NCBI GenBank assembly: GCA_964637845.1
Contig: CAZWXI010000005.1
Location: 494-64,493, forward strand
Reading direction: 5' to 3'
DNA: 64,000 bases
Source of the DNA: an uncultured Hyphomicrobiales bacterium
GTDB taxonomy: Bacteria > Bacteroidota > Ignavibacteria > Kapaibacteriales > UBA2268
Positions within the stretch are counted from its first letter, which is position 1. The number at the start of each line of letters is the position of its first letter. The notes under the pieces were generated by a model. The model was given only the letters and a program-made list of their open reading frames with translations, had not been told where the DNA came from and ran no database searches. A program made the position numbers and the translations under genes. Positions 46,736-56,133 of this stretch are shown in pieces.

Positions 46736-48235
46736 ATGAGCTATAATCGTAAAAGAAGGGTGATCGAAATTTATTTTGTGCTTTACTTAGCCGCTCTTAT
46801 TTTGCTTATACCACAAAAAACTGAAGATGAAACCGGGCGTAACAGCGATAGCTCAACACGTATTTTCCAATTACCTTTCAATTTAAAAGCTGAAAAAAAC
46901 GTGTTGAACACTTTGGTTTCATTTGATTCGACAGGTTTATCGCTGATAAATGCCGATACGGTAAATACAATATACTTTACGGGCAATGTTAAAAACGTCC
47001 AATTCGACGTTGAAATCGAAGAGCAAAGCAGAAACCGCAAAATAAATTTATCCGATGGTAATGCAGACGAAACTAGATACTTCAGAGTCGTTGAGGACAT
47101 AAAGAACCAAAATATAAGATTTTATTGGCATCCCATAATGAATGAATTGCGAAGCAATACTTATTTCGTTACCGTTACTGCCAGGGGCGAAAGCAATGAC
47201 CCCGAAACATTGGGAGCAATTGTAAGAGACCGAATTAAGTTTATTTTGAATTATCAATTGATGTATGATTTCGATGATGTTGCAACAGCTTTAGAACCCA
47301 ATGAAACCGATTTACCAAGAATTGATACCGTTCTGGTAAACTTTGGCAACGACGAGCGAAATGTTCTGACTGCAAATCTTTTCATGGCACCCGCTGATGA
47401 AATTATCCGGAGCATTGCCTATACAAAATGGAGGAACGAAGTCTTGGTGTATGGTTTAGATTTGAACCGTGACCTGAGGCGCCAGCCCGTCCTTGAAATA
47501 ACTCATATTCCAGATAGAAACAACAAAGGGACAGCAAAAATCGTTGGTTTTACTAATAATACCATAATTATTGAAGGCGATACACCCGAGTTTGGTTCAA
47601 TGCGAGTTAAAATAAACCTTGTCAGGCATGCCGACGGACGTGAAATCTCACGTGAATTTCGTGTAGTTACAGAGTTGCTTGATGCTCCTGCATTTTCTGA
47701 AATCATGTACCCGAATATGAAATATACTATCGAACCAAATCTGCCGATGCTGAGTAATATTATTTCAACAACAAAATTGGTCAATGCAGAAGGTAGAATA
47801 ATACATATTTCCGAAAATAATGTACCCTTCATATTTTCGCCAACTAACTCGGACATAGATAAGGAATTTTTTATCGAAAGATACATCGATGATAAATTAG
47901 TCGGGATAAGACATAAAATCGTTGTAAAGGACTTTCCGCTTCCCGAAATATATCGCATAGCACGCATTGAGCGAAATAAAGTCAGAGTATTTACTCATTC
48001 TTACGGCATTTGGCAGGGTAGCGAAAATTATATAAGAACAATTGAAATCACTGAAGGCAACGCAGTTTACAGAGAAATTATAGGAGCACAAAAAGTCGTT
48101 AAAGACAAACAAATCTTGACTCAACAAGTATTTGAGATTTCCCCGAAGGACGAATCCAAACCATTTAATTTCAAAATCAGAGCAGTTGCGCTAAACAACA
48201 AAAAGTCTAAAATCGTCTCTTATCCCGACAATTGA
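46736..48235 (+). CDS. GldM/PorM-like bitopic protein (N-terminal TM helix, beta-rich periplasmic region)
   Basis: 499 aa. MSYNRKRRVIEIYFVLYLAALILLIP resembles the GldM N-terminus (basic patch, then ...INLMYLVF.AMLA..). Size and position immediately after the GldL-like gene fit. The periplasmic part is not recognisably similar by eye. Confidence 0.35.
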   Translation: MSYNRKRRVIEIYFVLYLAALILLIPQKTEDETGRNSDSSTRIFQLPFNLKAEKNVLNTLVSFDSTGLSLINADTVNTIYFTGNVKNVQFDVEIEEQSRNRKINLSDGNADETRYFRVVEDIKNQNIRFYWHPIMNELRSNTYFVTVTARGESNDPETLGAIVRDRIKFILNYQLMYDFDDVATALEPNETDLPRIDTVLVNFGNDERNVLTANLFMAPADEIIRSIAYTKWRNEVLVYGLDLNRDLRRQPVLEITHIPDRNNKGTAKIVGFTNNTIIIEGDTPEFGSMRVKINLVRHADGREISREFRVVTELLDAPAFSEIMYPNMKYTIEPNLPMLSNIISTTKLVNAEGRIIHISENNVPFIFSPTNSDIDKEFFIERYIDDKLVGIRHKIVVKDFPLPEIYRIARIERNKVRVFTHSYGIWQGSENYIRTIEITEGNAVYREIIGAQKVVKDKQILTQQVFEISPKDESKPFNFKIRAVALNNKKSKIVSYPDN

Positions 48236-48305
48236 AATAATCTTTGCAACATATTTCTTGTTCTTATCGTAGTAATAGTGTTTGATTTTAAGATTGGAGA
48301 TATTG

Positions 48306-49655
48306 ATGCCGTTTAAAAATCTATTTTTATTATTTTTTATTTTTCATTTCAGTCTTTATGCCGATGATGTCACTCATTCATTGAAAAAGGTTTATTCGCT
48401 TCAAGAATGTCTTGATATTGCAGTAATGAACAATTACGACCTCATGGTTGCTCGCCAGCAAGTTACCGCGGCCAGTGCGGACCTGACAAATGCTTTTGGC
48501 AATTATTTACCAAGAATGGATTTTAATATGGGATATTCCCGCGTTTTGAATCCCGATGCTACCCGTACGGTAAATCTTGACAGCATAAGCTTCGAAATTC
48601 CCGGCTCAAATCCCGATTCATATTCGATGAATGTAAGTCTATCTATGCCTTTATTTGATGGATTTTCGCGAGAAGCAAATTACAAAAGAGCACAAACCAA
48701 TCTTAGTGCTATGAATCTAAACAATGAGCAGGCTATTTTATCATTACGACAAATGGTCTATGCGCAGTATGTAGAAGTAATAAAAAACTACAAAATTGTT
48801 CAGATCAGAAGAGAAAATTTCGAGCGAGCAAAATTTGAACTGAACAGACTCCAAGCGCTTTATGAATCAGGCTCCATCTCAATTACTGATATATATTCTC
48901 AAGAGGCAGAACTTGCAAATCGCGAAATTGAAATAATTGTAGCGGAAAACACACTCGATAAATCTAAAGCATCATTGCTTACCATGATGGGATTATCGCC
49001 TGATATCGGCGCAGATTTTCTCGAATCAAGTTTGCCCAATACGATTAATGATTATGAAATCGTATCATTTCGACGTGATATTGGCTCTTTTAATTCAGCG
49101 GTGAACCAAGCAATTAGCAACAGGTTAGACCTAAAGGCTTTTAAGTTAGCTATGGAAGCTTCCGAAGCCCGAGTTCGTTCTGTTATGGGTCAATATTTAC
49201 CGGCTATTTATGCTTCGGGGGGATGGACTTGGAATCATAGCGAATTCAATTCGTTTTCGGAACGAGGACGCTCGTTTCTCGGGTTACAACTAAATTTTCC
49301 AATATTTTCTAATTTCAGCACAAATCTACAAGTACAAAGCTCCAAACTGCAATTTCTCCAGTCAGAAGTACAATATGCCCAAAAAGAGCAAGAAATAAGG
49401 CAATCGGTGCAAAATTCCTTTCTGAACTTAGAGGCCGCCGAAAAGCAAATTGAAGTATCAAAACGTGCTCTGTTTGCGGCTGAGAAAAGCTACGAAAGTC
49501 ATAAAGAGCGCTATAACGTCGGTGCGGCCAGCATAATTGAAATAACTTTTGCCAATTCGCAACTAATTACCTCGCAAATAAATCGTGTTAATGCTGTTTA
49601 CAATTACCTTCAAGCAAAGAACGATGTTATGTTTTCAATAGGTTTAATTAAATAA
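48306..49655 (+). CDS. TolC-family outer-membrane efflux protein
   Basis: ATG at 48306 preceded by GGAGA. Signal peptide MPFKNLFLLFFIFHFSLYA and duplicated TolC repeats. Confidence 0.8.
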   Translation: MPFKNLFLLFFIFHFSLYADDVTHSLKKVYSLQECLDIAVMNNYDLMVARQQVTAASADLTNAFGNYLPRMDFNMGYSRVLNPDATRTVNLDSISFEIPGSNPDSYSMNVSLSMPLFDGFSREANYKRAQTNLSAMNLNNEQAILSLRQMVYAQYVEVIKNYKIVQIRRENFERAKFELNRLQALYESGSISITDIYSQEAELANREIEIIVAENTLDKSKASLLTMMGLSPDIGADFLESSLPNTINDYEIVSFRRDIGSFNSAVNQAISNRLDLKAFKLAMEASEARVRSVMGQYLPAIYASGGWTWNHSEFNSFSERGRSFLGLQLNFPIFSNFSTNLQVQSSKLQFLQSEVQYAQKEQEIRQSVQNSFLNLEAAEKQIEVSKRALFAAEKSYESHKERYNVGAASIIEITFANSQLITSQINRVNAVYNYLQAKNDVMFSIGLIK

Positions 49656-49666
49656 ACGGAGTGACT

Positions 49667-50272
49667 ATGAGTGAGAATTTAACACCTGAAGATCCCAAAT
49701 ACCAACAGTATGCATCTTACATGCCCGATTATTCTTATGTTGACCCATTTTACAACAGAGTAGGATTCGGCAGACGCCTTGTGGCTTATATAATAGATAA
49801 TTTAATAATAATGTTGCTCATCACACTTTTGATGTACTTAACAGGAGCACTTCATGAATTAATGGAGGTTGCAGGTCGAGGTATGTTCAATATTGCTGAA
49901 ATTATGGAATTATCAGCCAAATTTACATTACCAATAACTTTACTCCATTTGGTCTATTATCTGACTGAGATTTTCGGGGGTTTTTCCATTGGTAAAATTG
50001 CTATGGGAATAAAAATCGGCTCTGATTCGCAATCCTCAGCTTCAACAATAGCTTTGATTAAGCGTTATATATTCAAGCATTCATCATCATTAATAAGTGC
50101 ATTTGTTACAGTCACAAGTATTATGATGCTCGGATTTTTATCCACTTTGGCAACTTTCATAATTTTTATTGGTTGCTTCTTTGTTTTGGGGCAACGCAAA
50201 CAAGCATTTCACGACATGTTCGCAAGAACAGCAGTTTTTTATAAAGAAGATTTAAAATATTACAGGCTATAA
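49667..50272 (+). CDS. RDD-family membrane protein
   Basis: FGRRLVAYIIDNLIIMLL (RDD N-motif), three or more TM helices, and the C-terminal FHDMFARTAV motif. GGAG lies 5 nt before the ATG at 49667. Confidence 0.7.
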   Translation: MSENLTPEDPKYQQYASYMPDYSYVDPFYNRVGFGRRLVAYIIDNLIIMLLITLLMYLTGALHELMEVAGRGMFNIAEIMELSAKFTLPITLLHLVYYLTEIFGGFSIGKIAMGIKIGSDSQSSASTIALIKRYIFKHSSSLISAFVTVTSIMMLGFLSTLATFIIFIGCFFVLGQRKQAFHDMFARTAVFYKEDLKYYRL

Positions 50273-50273
50273 A

Positions 50274-51542
50274 ATGGTTAAGAAAAAAAGTAAAGCTAAA
50301 TTTTTGATATTCTTGATTTTGGGCATTGTTGCCATTGTTTTGATAGGCTTGGCATTTTTAAAACCAAAAGATTCAAGAATAAGCGTTACAACAACCAAAG
50401 TTGCAAAGAGAACCATTACTCAGATTGTTTCCGCAATTGGCAAAATACAACCTGAGTTACAAGTTAAGATTTCGTCACAAACGTCGGGTGAAGTTATATT
50501 TCTTGGTGTTAAGGAAGGTGATACGGTTAAAAAAGGTGAGATACTAGTACGCATCAAACCTGACATTGTCGAGGCACAATTAAAACAAGCTCAAGCAAGC
50601 GCCGAAGCTATAAAAATGGAAATCGGTGCTCGTGAAGCCGAGAAAGATAGAGCCGCCGCTGATTTTAAGCGAGTACAAGACCTTTTCAAAAAAGAATTTG
50701 TCTCGAAAAAGGAATTTGATGCCGCCGAAGCCAGCTACAACGCCGCAGTTGCTTCCTACAAAGCTACAATCGCTCGATATGAATCTGCTTTGGCTCAACT
50801 TAACCAAGTCGAAAGAGACAAGGAAAGAACATCAATATTCTCACCAATTGACGGTGTAGTTACGACACTTGGTGTAGAACTCGGCGAAAAGGTGGTCGGT
50901 ACTGGTATGATGCAGGGAACTGAGATAATGAAAGTTGCTGATTTATCAGTCATGAATGCTCTCGTCAATGTTGACGAAAACGATATTGTCATGGTCAGCA
51001 TTGGAGATACTACATTTGTCGAAGTTGATGCTATATCGGATAAAAAATTACGTGGCATTGTTGTTGAAATTGGTCACTCGGCTATAGCAAGTCAACTTGG
51101 GACACAAGACCAAGTGGTTAATTTTCAAATCAAAGTAAGATTGATTGACCCAGAACGAAGATTACGTCCGGGTATGAGTTGTAATGTTGAAATACAGACA
51201 GAAACTCGATATAATGTATTGGCTGTGCCGCTACAAGCAGTTACCGTTAGAGATTTGGAAACAAACAAGGAAAAAGTATCTGAAAGCACTAATAGCAATA
51301 CCGTTGGGGTTAGAATTCATCGTCCGCCGTCAGTTGTATTTAAAAGCCAAGGTGGCAAAGCGGTATTAACACAAGTCAAAACAGGTATCAGCGATAAAGG
51401 TTTCATCGAATTGATAGAGGGTATAAACGAAGGCGATATTATAATTTCGGGTAGTTTTATGGCTGTTAGCAAAGATTTGTTCGATGGTGCAGATATTAAA
51501 GTGGATACTACAATACAACGCAGATTCACAAAAAATAATTAA
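50274..51542 (+). CDS. Efflux periplasmic adaptor (MacA/HlyD family)
   Basis: 422 aa. TM anchor, VKEGDTVKKGEILVRI, a coiled-coil hairpin, and IFSPIDGVVT. Confidence 0.85.
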   Translation: MVKKKSKAKFLIFLILGIVAIVLIGLAFLKPKDSRISVTTTKVAKRTITQIVSAIGKIQPELQVKISSQTSGEVIFLGVKEGDTVKKGEILVRIKPDIVEAQLKQAQASAEAIKMEIGAREAEKDRAAADFKRVQDLFKKEFVSKKEFDAAEASYNAAVASYKATIARYESALAQLNQVERDKERTSIFSPIDGVVTTLGVELGEKVVGTGMMQGTEIMKVADLSVMNALVNVDENDIVMVSIGDTTFVEVDAISDKKLRGIVVEIGHSAIASQLGTQDQVVNFQIKVRLIDPERRLRPGMSCNVEIQTETRYNVLAVPLQAVTVRDLETNKEKVSESTNSNTVGVRIHRPPSVVFKSQGGKAVLTQVKTGISDKGFIELIEGINEGDIIISGSFMAVSKDLFDGADIKVDTTIQRRFTKNN

Positions 51543-51548
51543 ACCGTT

Positions 51549-52247
51549 ATGAGCGATAAAGAATTAATCATTGATATTGAAAATATCTCAAAATTATATC
51601 ACATGGGCAGCGAAACAGTTTATGCATTGAGAGATATTTCACTTAAAATTTACAAAAACGAATACCTAGCCATAATGGGACCATCGGGTTCAGGGAAGTC
51701 TACGTTAATGAATATATTAGGATGTCTCGATACACCCACAAGTGGGAAATATATGTTCGGTGGAGAAGACGTCAGTAATATGGATGACAATGAACTTGCC
51801 GATATACGAAACAAAAAGATTGGATTCGTTTTTCAAACTTTCAATCTTCTTGCTCGAGCCACAGCTCTTAAAAATGTCGAATTACCTCTGGTATATTCTG
51901 GTGTATCAGCATCGGGAAGACGTGAAATTGCTACAAGGGTGCTAACCGATGTCGGTTTAGAAGACAGAATTACACATAAACCTAATGAACTTTCCGGTGG
52001 TCAGAGACAGAGAGTAGCTATTGCTCGTGCTCTTGTTACAACTCCATCGATTATTCTAGCTGACGAACCAACAGGAAATCTTGACTCGAAAACGGGCAAA
52101 GAAATTATTTCGCTTTTTCATGAACTTTGGAAAAAAGGCAATACAATTATTCTTGTGACCCATGAAGAAGGTATTGCCCGAAATGCCCAAAGAATTATTC
52201 GACTGCGCGACGGATTAATTGAACGAGACGAGATTAATCTGAATTAA
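51549..52247 (+). CDS. ABC transporter ATP-binding protein, MacB/LolD type
   Basis: [35 protein letters not shown], and FQTFNLL typical of the MacB/LolD group. Confidence 0.92.
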   Translation: MSDKELIIDIENISKLYHMGSETVYALRDISLKIYKNEYLAIMGPSGSGKSTLMNILGCLDTPTSGKYMFGGEDVSNMDDNELADIRNKKIGFVFQTFNLLARATALKNVELPLVYSGVSASGRREIATRVLTDVGLEDRITHKPNELSGGQRQRVAIARALVTTPSIILADEPTGNLDSKTGKEIISLFHELWKKGNTIILVTHEEGIARNAQRIIRLRDGLIERDEINLN

Positions 52248-52259
52248 AACCCAAAACCT

Positions 52260-53513
52260 ATGAAACTCGCCGAATTCAAAGAAACCGTAATAATTGCACT
52301 TGAAGCTATGAAAGCTAACAAGTTGCGTTCACTTTTAGCTTCACTCGGTGTAATTATAGGCATATCTACGGTGATACTTATGGGATGGATACTTGGTGGT
52401 TTGCAATCTGCGATGGACGAAACATTTCGAATCATCGGTGTGGATATGTTGTATATTGATAAATGGGACTGGTCGGGGGGCAAAAACTGGAAACTCGTTA
52501 GGCAACGCAAAGACATTACCTTCGAACAGGCACAGCAACTTCAAGAAAGACTATCATACGCCGAATTGATTTTCCCAAATGCTCGCACTTGGGGCGGAAA
52601 TATCAAATACGGCAATAATATTTTCAATGGCATAAGCATAATCGGTACAACAACTGCCCACGGTATGACTGCGGCAGGCGAGACAATTTTGGGTAGATAT
52701 TTTACTCCGTATGAAGAAAATTTGAATGCCAAAGTCGTAGTTCTCGGTCATAAAGTCTATACTACAATTTTTCCTGATGCAAACCCGCTGGAACAAACTA
52801 TAAAAATCAACGGACATAACTATTTAATCGTTGGTGTTATCGAAAAGCAGGGAACCATGTTCTTTGATTTTATTGATAATCAAGTATTTATTCCCGTAGG
52901 CTCTTTTATTTCTATTTACGGAAGGCATAACAGGTCAATATCAATTGGTATTAAAGCCGGATCGGAAGATTATCTGGATTACGTTCGAGCCGAAGCAAGG
53001 GGAATAATGCGTTCAATTAGAAACTTACAACCTAACGACGAGGATGATTTTTCCATTAATGAAACGAAGGCATTCGAAAATCAAGTTGCAACAATAAAGC
53101 AATACGTTTGGGGTATCGGTATCGGTATGACAGTCTTATCATTCGTTGTAGGGATAATCGGTATTATGAACATTATGTTTGTATCCGTAACAGAAAGAAC
53201 TAAAGAGATCGGCATACGAATGGCTATTGGTGCCAAACGACGCTCGATTATGTTTCAATTTATTGTTGAATCTTCGACATTATGCTTGATTGGTGCATTT
53301 TTATCATTGATAATATGCTCAGGAATTGCGTACTTAGTTGCAACATTTTTACCGACTTTTGTGGAAGGAACATCATTCTTATTGCCGTATTTACCTTTTG
53401 AATTGTTAATAATCGCATCAATTGTTTCGATATTCGTTGGCGTTCTCTCGGGGTTAATACCTGCTTTGAGAGCATCGAGATTAGATCCCGTAGAAGCATT
53501 AAGGTTCGAGTGA
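52260..53513 (+). CDS. MacB-type ABC permease (MacB periplasmic domain + FtsX)
   Basis: ALEAMKANKLRSLLASLGVIIGISTVI, then TERTKEIGIRMAIGAKRRSI, with C-terminal PALRASRLDPVEALRFE. Confidence 0.88.
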   Translation: MKLAEFKETVIIALEAMKANKLRSLLASLGVIIGISTVILMGWILGGLQSAMDETFRIIGVDMLYIDKWDWSGGKNWKLVRQRKDITFEQAQQLQERLSYAELIFPNARTWGGNIKYGNNIFNGISIIGTTTAHGMTAAGETILGRYFTPYEENLNAKVVVLGHKVYTTIFPDANPLEQTIKINGHNYLIVGVIEKQGTMFFDFIDNQVFIPVGSFISIYGRHNRSISIGIKAGSEDYLDYVRAEARGIMRSIRNLQPNDEDDFSINETKAFENQVATIKQYVWGIGIGMTVLSFVVGIIGIMNIMFVSVTERTKEIGIRMAIGAKRRSIMFQFIVESSTLCLIGAFLSLIICSGIAYLVATFLPTFVEGTSFLLPYLPFELLIIASIVSIFVGVLSGLIPALRASRLDPVEALRFE

Positions 53514-54745
53514 TGATAGTATTCCAAAGCATAATAATGGCATTAGATTCAATCAGAGTCAATAAATTGAGAGCTTTCTTAACTTTACTGAGTATTTGCA
53601 TCGGTGTTTTTGCTATCATTGTTGCTATAACACTGGTTAAATCAATCAATTCTACTGTAAGCACCCAAATTGCTGATCTCGGAGACAACGCATTCTCAAT
53701 TTATCGTATGCCAAAAATTCAATTCGGTGGCAATACATGGAGGAAATACGCTGCCCGGAAACCTATTAATTATTCCCAAGTTCAAGAATTTAAGCGCAAT
53801 ATGAAATTAGCTATTTCTGTGAGCACAATGAGCACATCGTCAAATCATATACTTAAAACTTCAATCTTCGAAACAAATCCTGACGTAACTCTCACCGGTA
53901 CAGATGCATCATACTTCGAAACGAACAATATCAGTGTTGCTTCGGGACGTGCCTTTATCGAAGATGATATTACATTCAATCGTAATGTCGTAATTGTTGG
54001 CAATGACATTGTGGTTCAATTATTTCCTAATACAGATCCAGTAGGGAAGGATTTAATAATCGGTAAACAAATTTACAGCATAATCGGCGTACTTGAGACA
54101 AAAGGAGCTATATTGGGAAGAAGCCAAGATAATATAGCAATTATTCCGATTTCGCAATTCCTAAAATTTTATTCTACTCGTTGGGAGGAATCGTTAACGA
54201 TTAATGTTAAAGCTCAATCCAAAGAAATGCTTCTGCCTACCATTGATGAAGCGATTGGTATTCTAAGAGGTATAAGGGGCGACCAACCATGGGAAATGAA
54301 CTCATTTGAATTAGAAACAAATGAAACTATATCATTGCAATTTGCAAGTTTGACAGGATATCTTTCCATTTTTGGGTTTACTACCGGTATTATTGCTCTT
54401 TTAGCTGCGGGCATCGGTATAATGAATATTATGCTTGTAACAATTAAAGAAAGAACCAGCGAGATAGGGCTTCGGAAAGCTGTAGGAGCTAAACGCAGAT
54501 GGATTATGTATCAATTTATCATAGAGACTATCACTTTATGTCAAATTGGCGGATTACTTGGCATTGCTCTTGGATTGATTCTTTCATCACTTTTCGGTAA
54601 TTTACTTGGTCTGACTTTAGTCATACCCGCTGATTGGATTCTATACAGCATATTGATCTGTACCTTTTTGGGACTTGCATTCGGAGCATATCCCGCAATG
54701 AAAGCTTCCAAACTTGACCCGATTGAGGCCCTTCGATACGAGTAA
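53513..54745 (+). CDS. MacB-type ABC permease, second copy
   Basis: The ATG at 53513 overlaps the upstream TGA (TGATG). ALDSIRVNKLRAFLTLLSICIGVFAII, KERTSEIGLRKAVGAKRRWI and PAMKASKLDPIEALRYE. Confidence 0.88.
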   Translation: MIVFQSIIMALDSIRVNKLRAFLTLLSICIGVFAIIVAITLVKSINSTVSTQIADLGDNAFSIYRMPKIQFGGNTWRKYAARKPINYSQVQEFKRNMKLAISVSTMSTSSNHILKTSIFETNPDVTLTGTDASYFETNNISVASGRAFIEDDITFNRNVVIVGNDIVVQLFPNTDPVGKDLIIGKQIYSIIGVLETKGAILGRSQDNIAIIPISQFLKFYSTRWEESLTINVKAQSKEMLLPTIDEAIGILRGIRGDQPWEMNSFELETNETISLQFASLTGYLSIFGFTTGIIALLAAGIGIMNIMLVTIKERTSEIGLRKAVGAKRRWIMYQFIIETITLCQIGGLLGIALGLILSSLFGNLLGLTLVIPADWILYSILICTFLGLAFGAYPAMKASKLDPIEALRYE

Positions 54746-54801
54746 GTTAAATAATTCTCTCCACTTTACGTATTAATCACTTTAAATCGGGAGTGAACTA
54801 A

Positions 54802-56133
54802 ATGACTAATAGAACTATTACCAAGCAGCGGCGTGCATGGTATTTATATGATTTCGCCGTTTCTGCTTTTACTACTTCTGTCATTACTGTATTCTTAGGT
54901 CCCTATCTTACCACTATTGCAAAAAATGCCGCAGATGCACAAGGATTCTTAAACATACTCGGAGTACCGATTTATCATGGTTCATTCTTTACTTACTGCG
55001 TTTCTCTGTCCGTTATTTTGCAAGTCTTATTTTTGCCGATCATGGGTGCTATTGCCGATAACACGAACTATAAAAAAAAGTTCCTAGTTACCTCGGCTTA
55101 TATCGGTAGTTTTGCCGCCATGTTATTGTACTTTCTTGATGGCACCAACTTTCAACTCGGTGGAATTCTTTTAATCACATCAAACCTTGCCTTTGGAGCT
55201 TCAATGGTGTTTTATAACGCTTTCTTAAATGACGTTGCTGGTTCTGATGAAAGAGACAAAGTTTCTTCTTATGGTTTTGCTTGGGGCTATGTCGGAGGTG
55301 GCTTGTTGCTCGCAATCAATTTAGTCATGGTAATGCAAGCAGATAATTTTGGATTGAGTACAGGACACGCTGTCCGAATTTCTCTATTGTCGGCAGGTTT
55401 GTGGTGGGCAATTTTTACCCTATTTCCTGCCGTTTACCTTAAATCGAGACAAATCCCCGCTTTGCCTGAGGGGGCGAATGTAATCAGTTACGGTTTCAAA
55501 TCTCTTATAAAAACCCTCAAAGAATCACAAAAATATCCCAAAACAATTCTTTTCCTCGTTGCATATTTGTTGTATAATGATGGTGTTCAAGCCGTTATTG
55601 TCGTTGCTTCTCAATTTGGTCAAGAAGAACTTGGATTAGATATCTCAACTTTAACTATGGTCATACTGATGGTGCAATTTGTTGCCTTTTTCGGAGCTAT
55701 ATTTTTTAATAAGTTATCGGAATTATCTAATGCTAAAAATGCTCTTTTAATCAGTTTGTTGATATGGACTTTAGTTGTTACTTATTCATACCTTTTCTTG
55801 GACTCAACTCTGGGCTTTTTTGTCGTAGCTGCTGTTATTGCTATAGTTCTAGGTGGTACCCAAGCACTTAGCCGTTCCCTATTTTCACTTCTAATCCCTT
55901 CTGGGAAAGAGAACGAATATTTCAGCTTATATGAAGTCAGCGAAAGAGGTACAAGTTGGATAGGACCATTAGTTTTTGGATTATCGTTGCAAATGACAGG
56001 TTCATATAGAATCGCCATCTTTTCTCTCGCCATATTTTTTATTTTAGGCGGTTTAGTTTTATTAAAATTAAATTTGAGAAAAGCAATTTTGGAGGCCGGG
56101 AATGTTTTGCCAAAAAACTTGCTCGATAAATAA
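54802..56133 (+). CDS. MFS transporter, UMF1 (Atg22-like) family
   Basis: 443 aa with about 12 TM helices. The N-terminal RAWYLYDFAVSAFTTSVITVFLGPYL is typical of UMF1. Confidence 0.7.
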   Translation: MTNRTITKQRRAWYLYDFAVSAFTTSVITVFLGPYLTTIAKNAADAQGFLNILGVPIYHGSFFTYCVSLSVILQVLFLPIMGAIADNTNYKKKFLVTSAYIGSFAAMLLYFLDGTNFQLGGILLITSNLAFGASMVFYNAFLNDVAGSDERDKVSSYGFAWGYVGGGLLLAINLVMVMQADNFGLSTGHAVRISLLSAGLWWAIFTLFPAVYLKSRQIPALPEGANVISYGFKSLIKTLKESQKYPKTILFLVAYLLYNDGVQAVIVVASQFGQEELGLDISTLTMVILMVQFVAFFGAIFFNKLSELSNAKNALLISLLIWTLVVTYSYLFLDSTLGFFVVAAVIAIVLGGTQALSRSLFSLLIPSGKENEYFSLYEVSERGTSWIGPLVFGLSLQMTGSYRIAIFSLAIFFILGGLVLLKLNLRKAILEAGNVLPKNLLDK

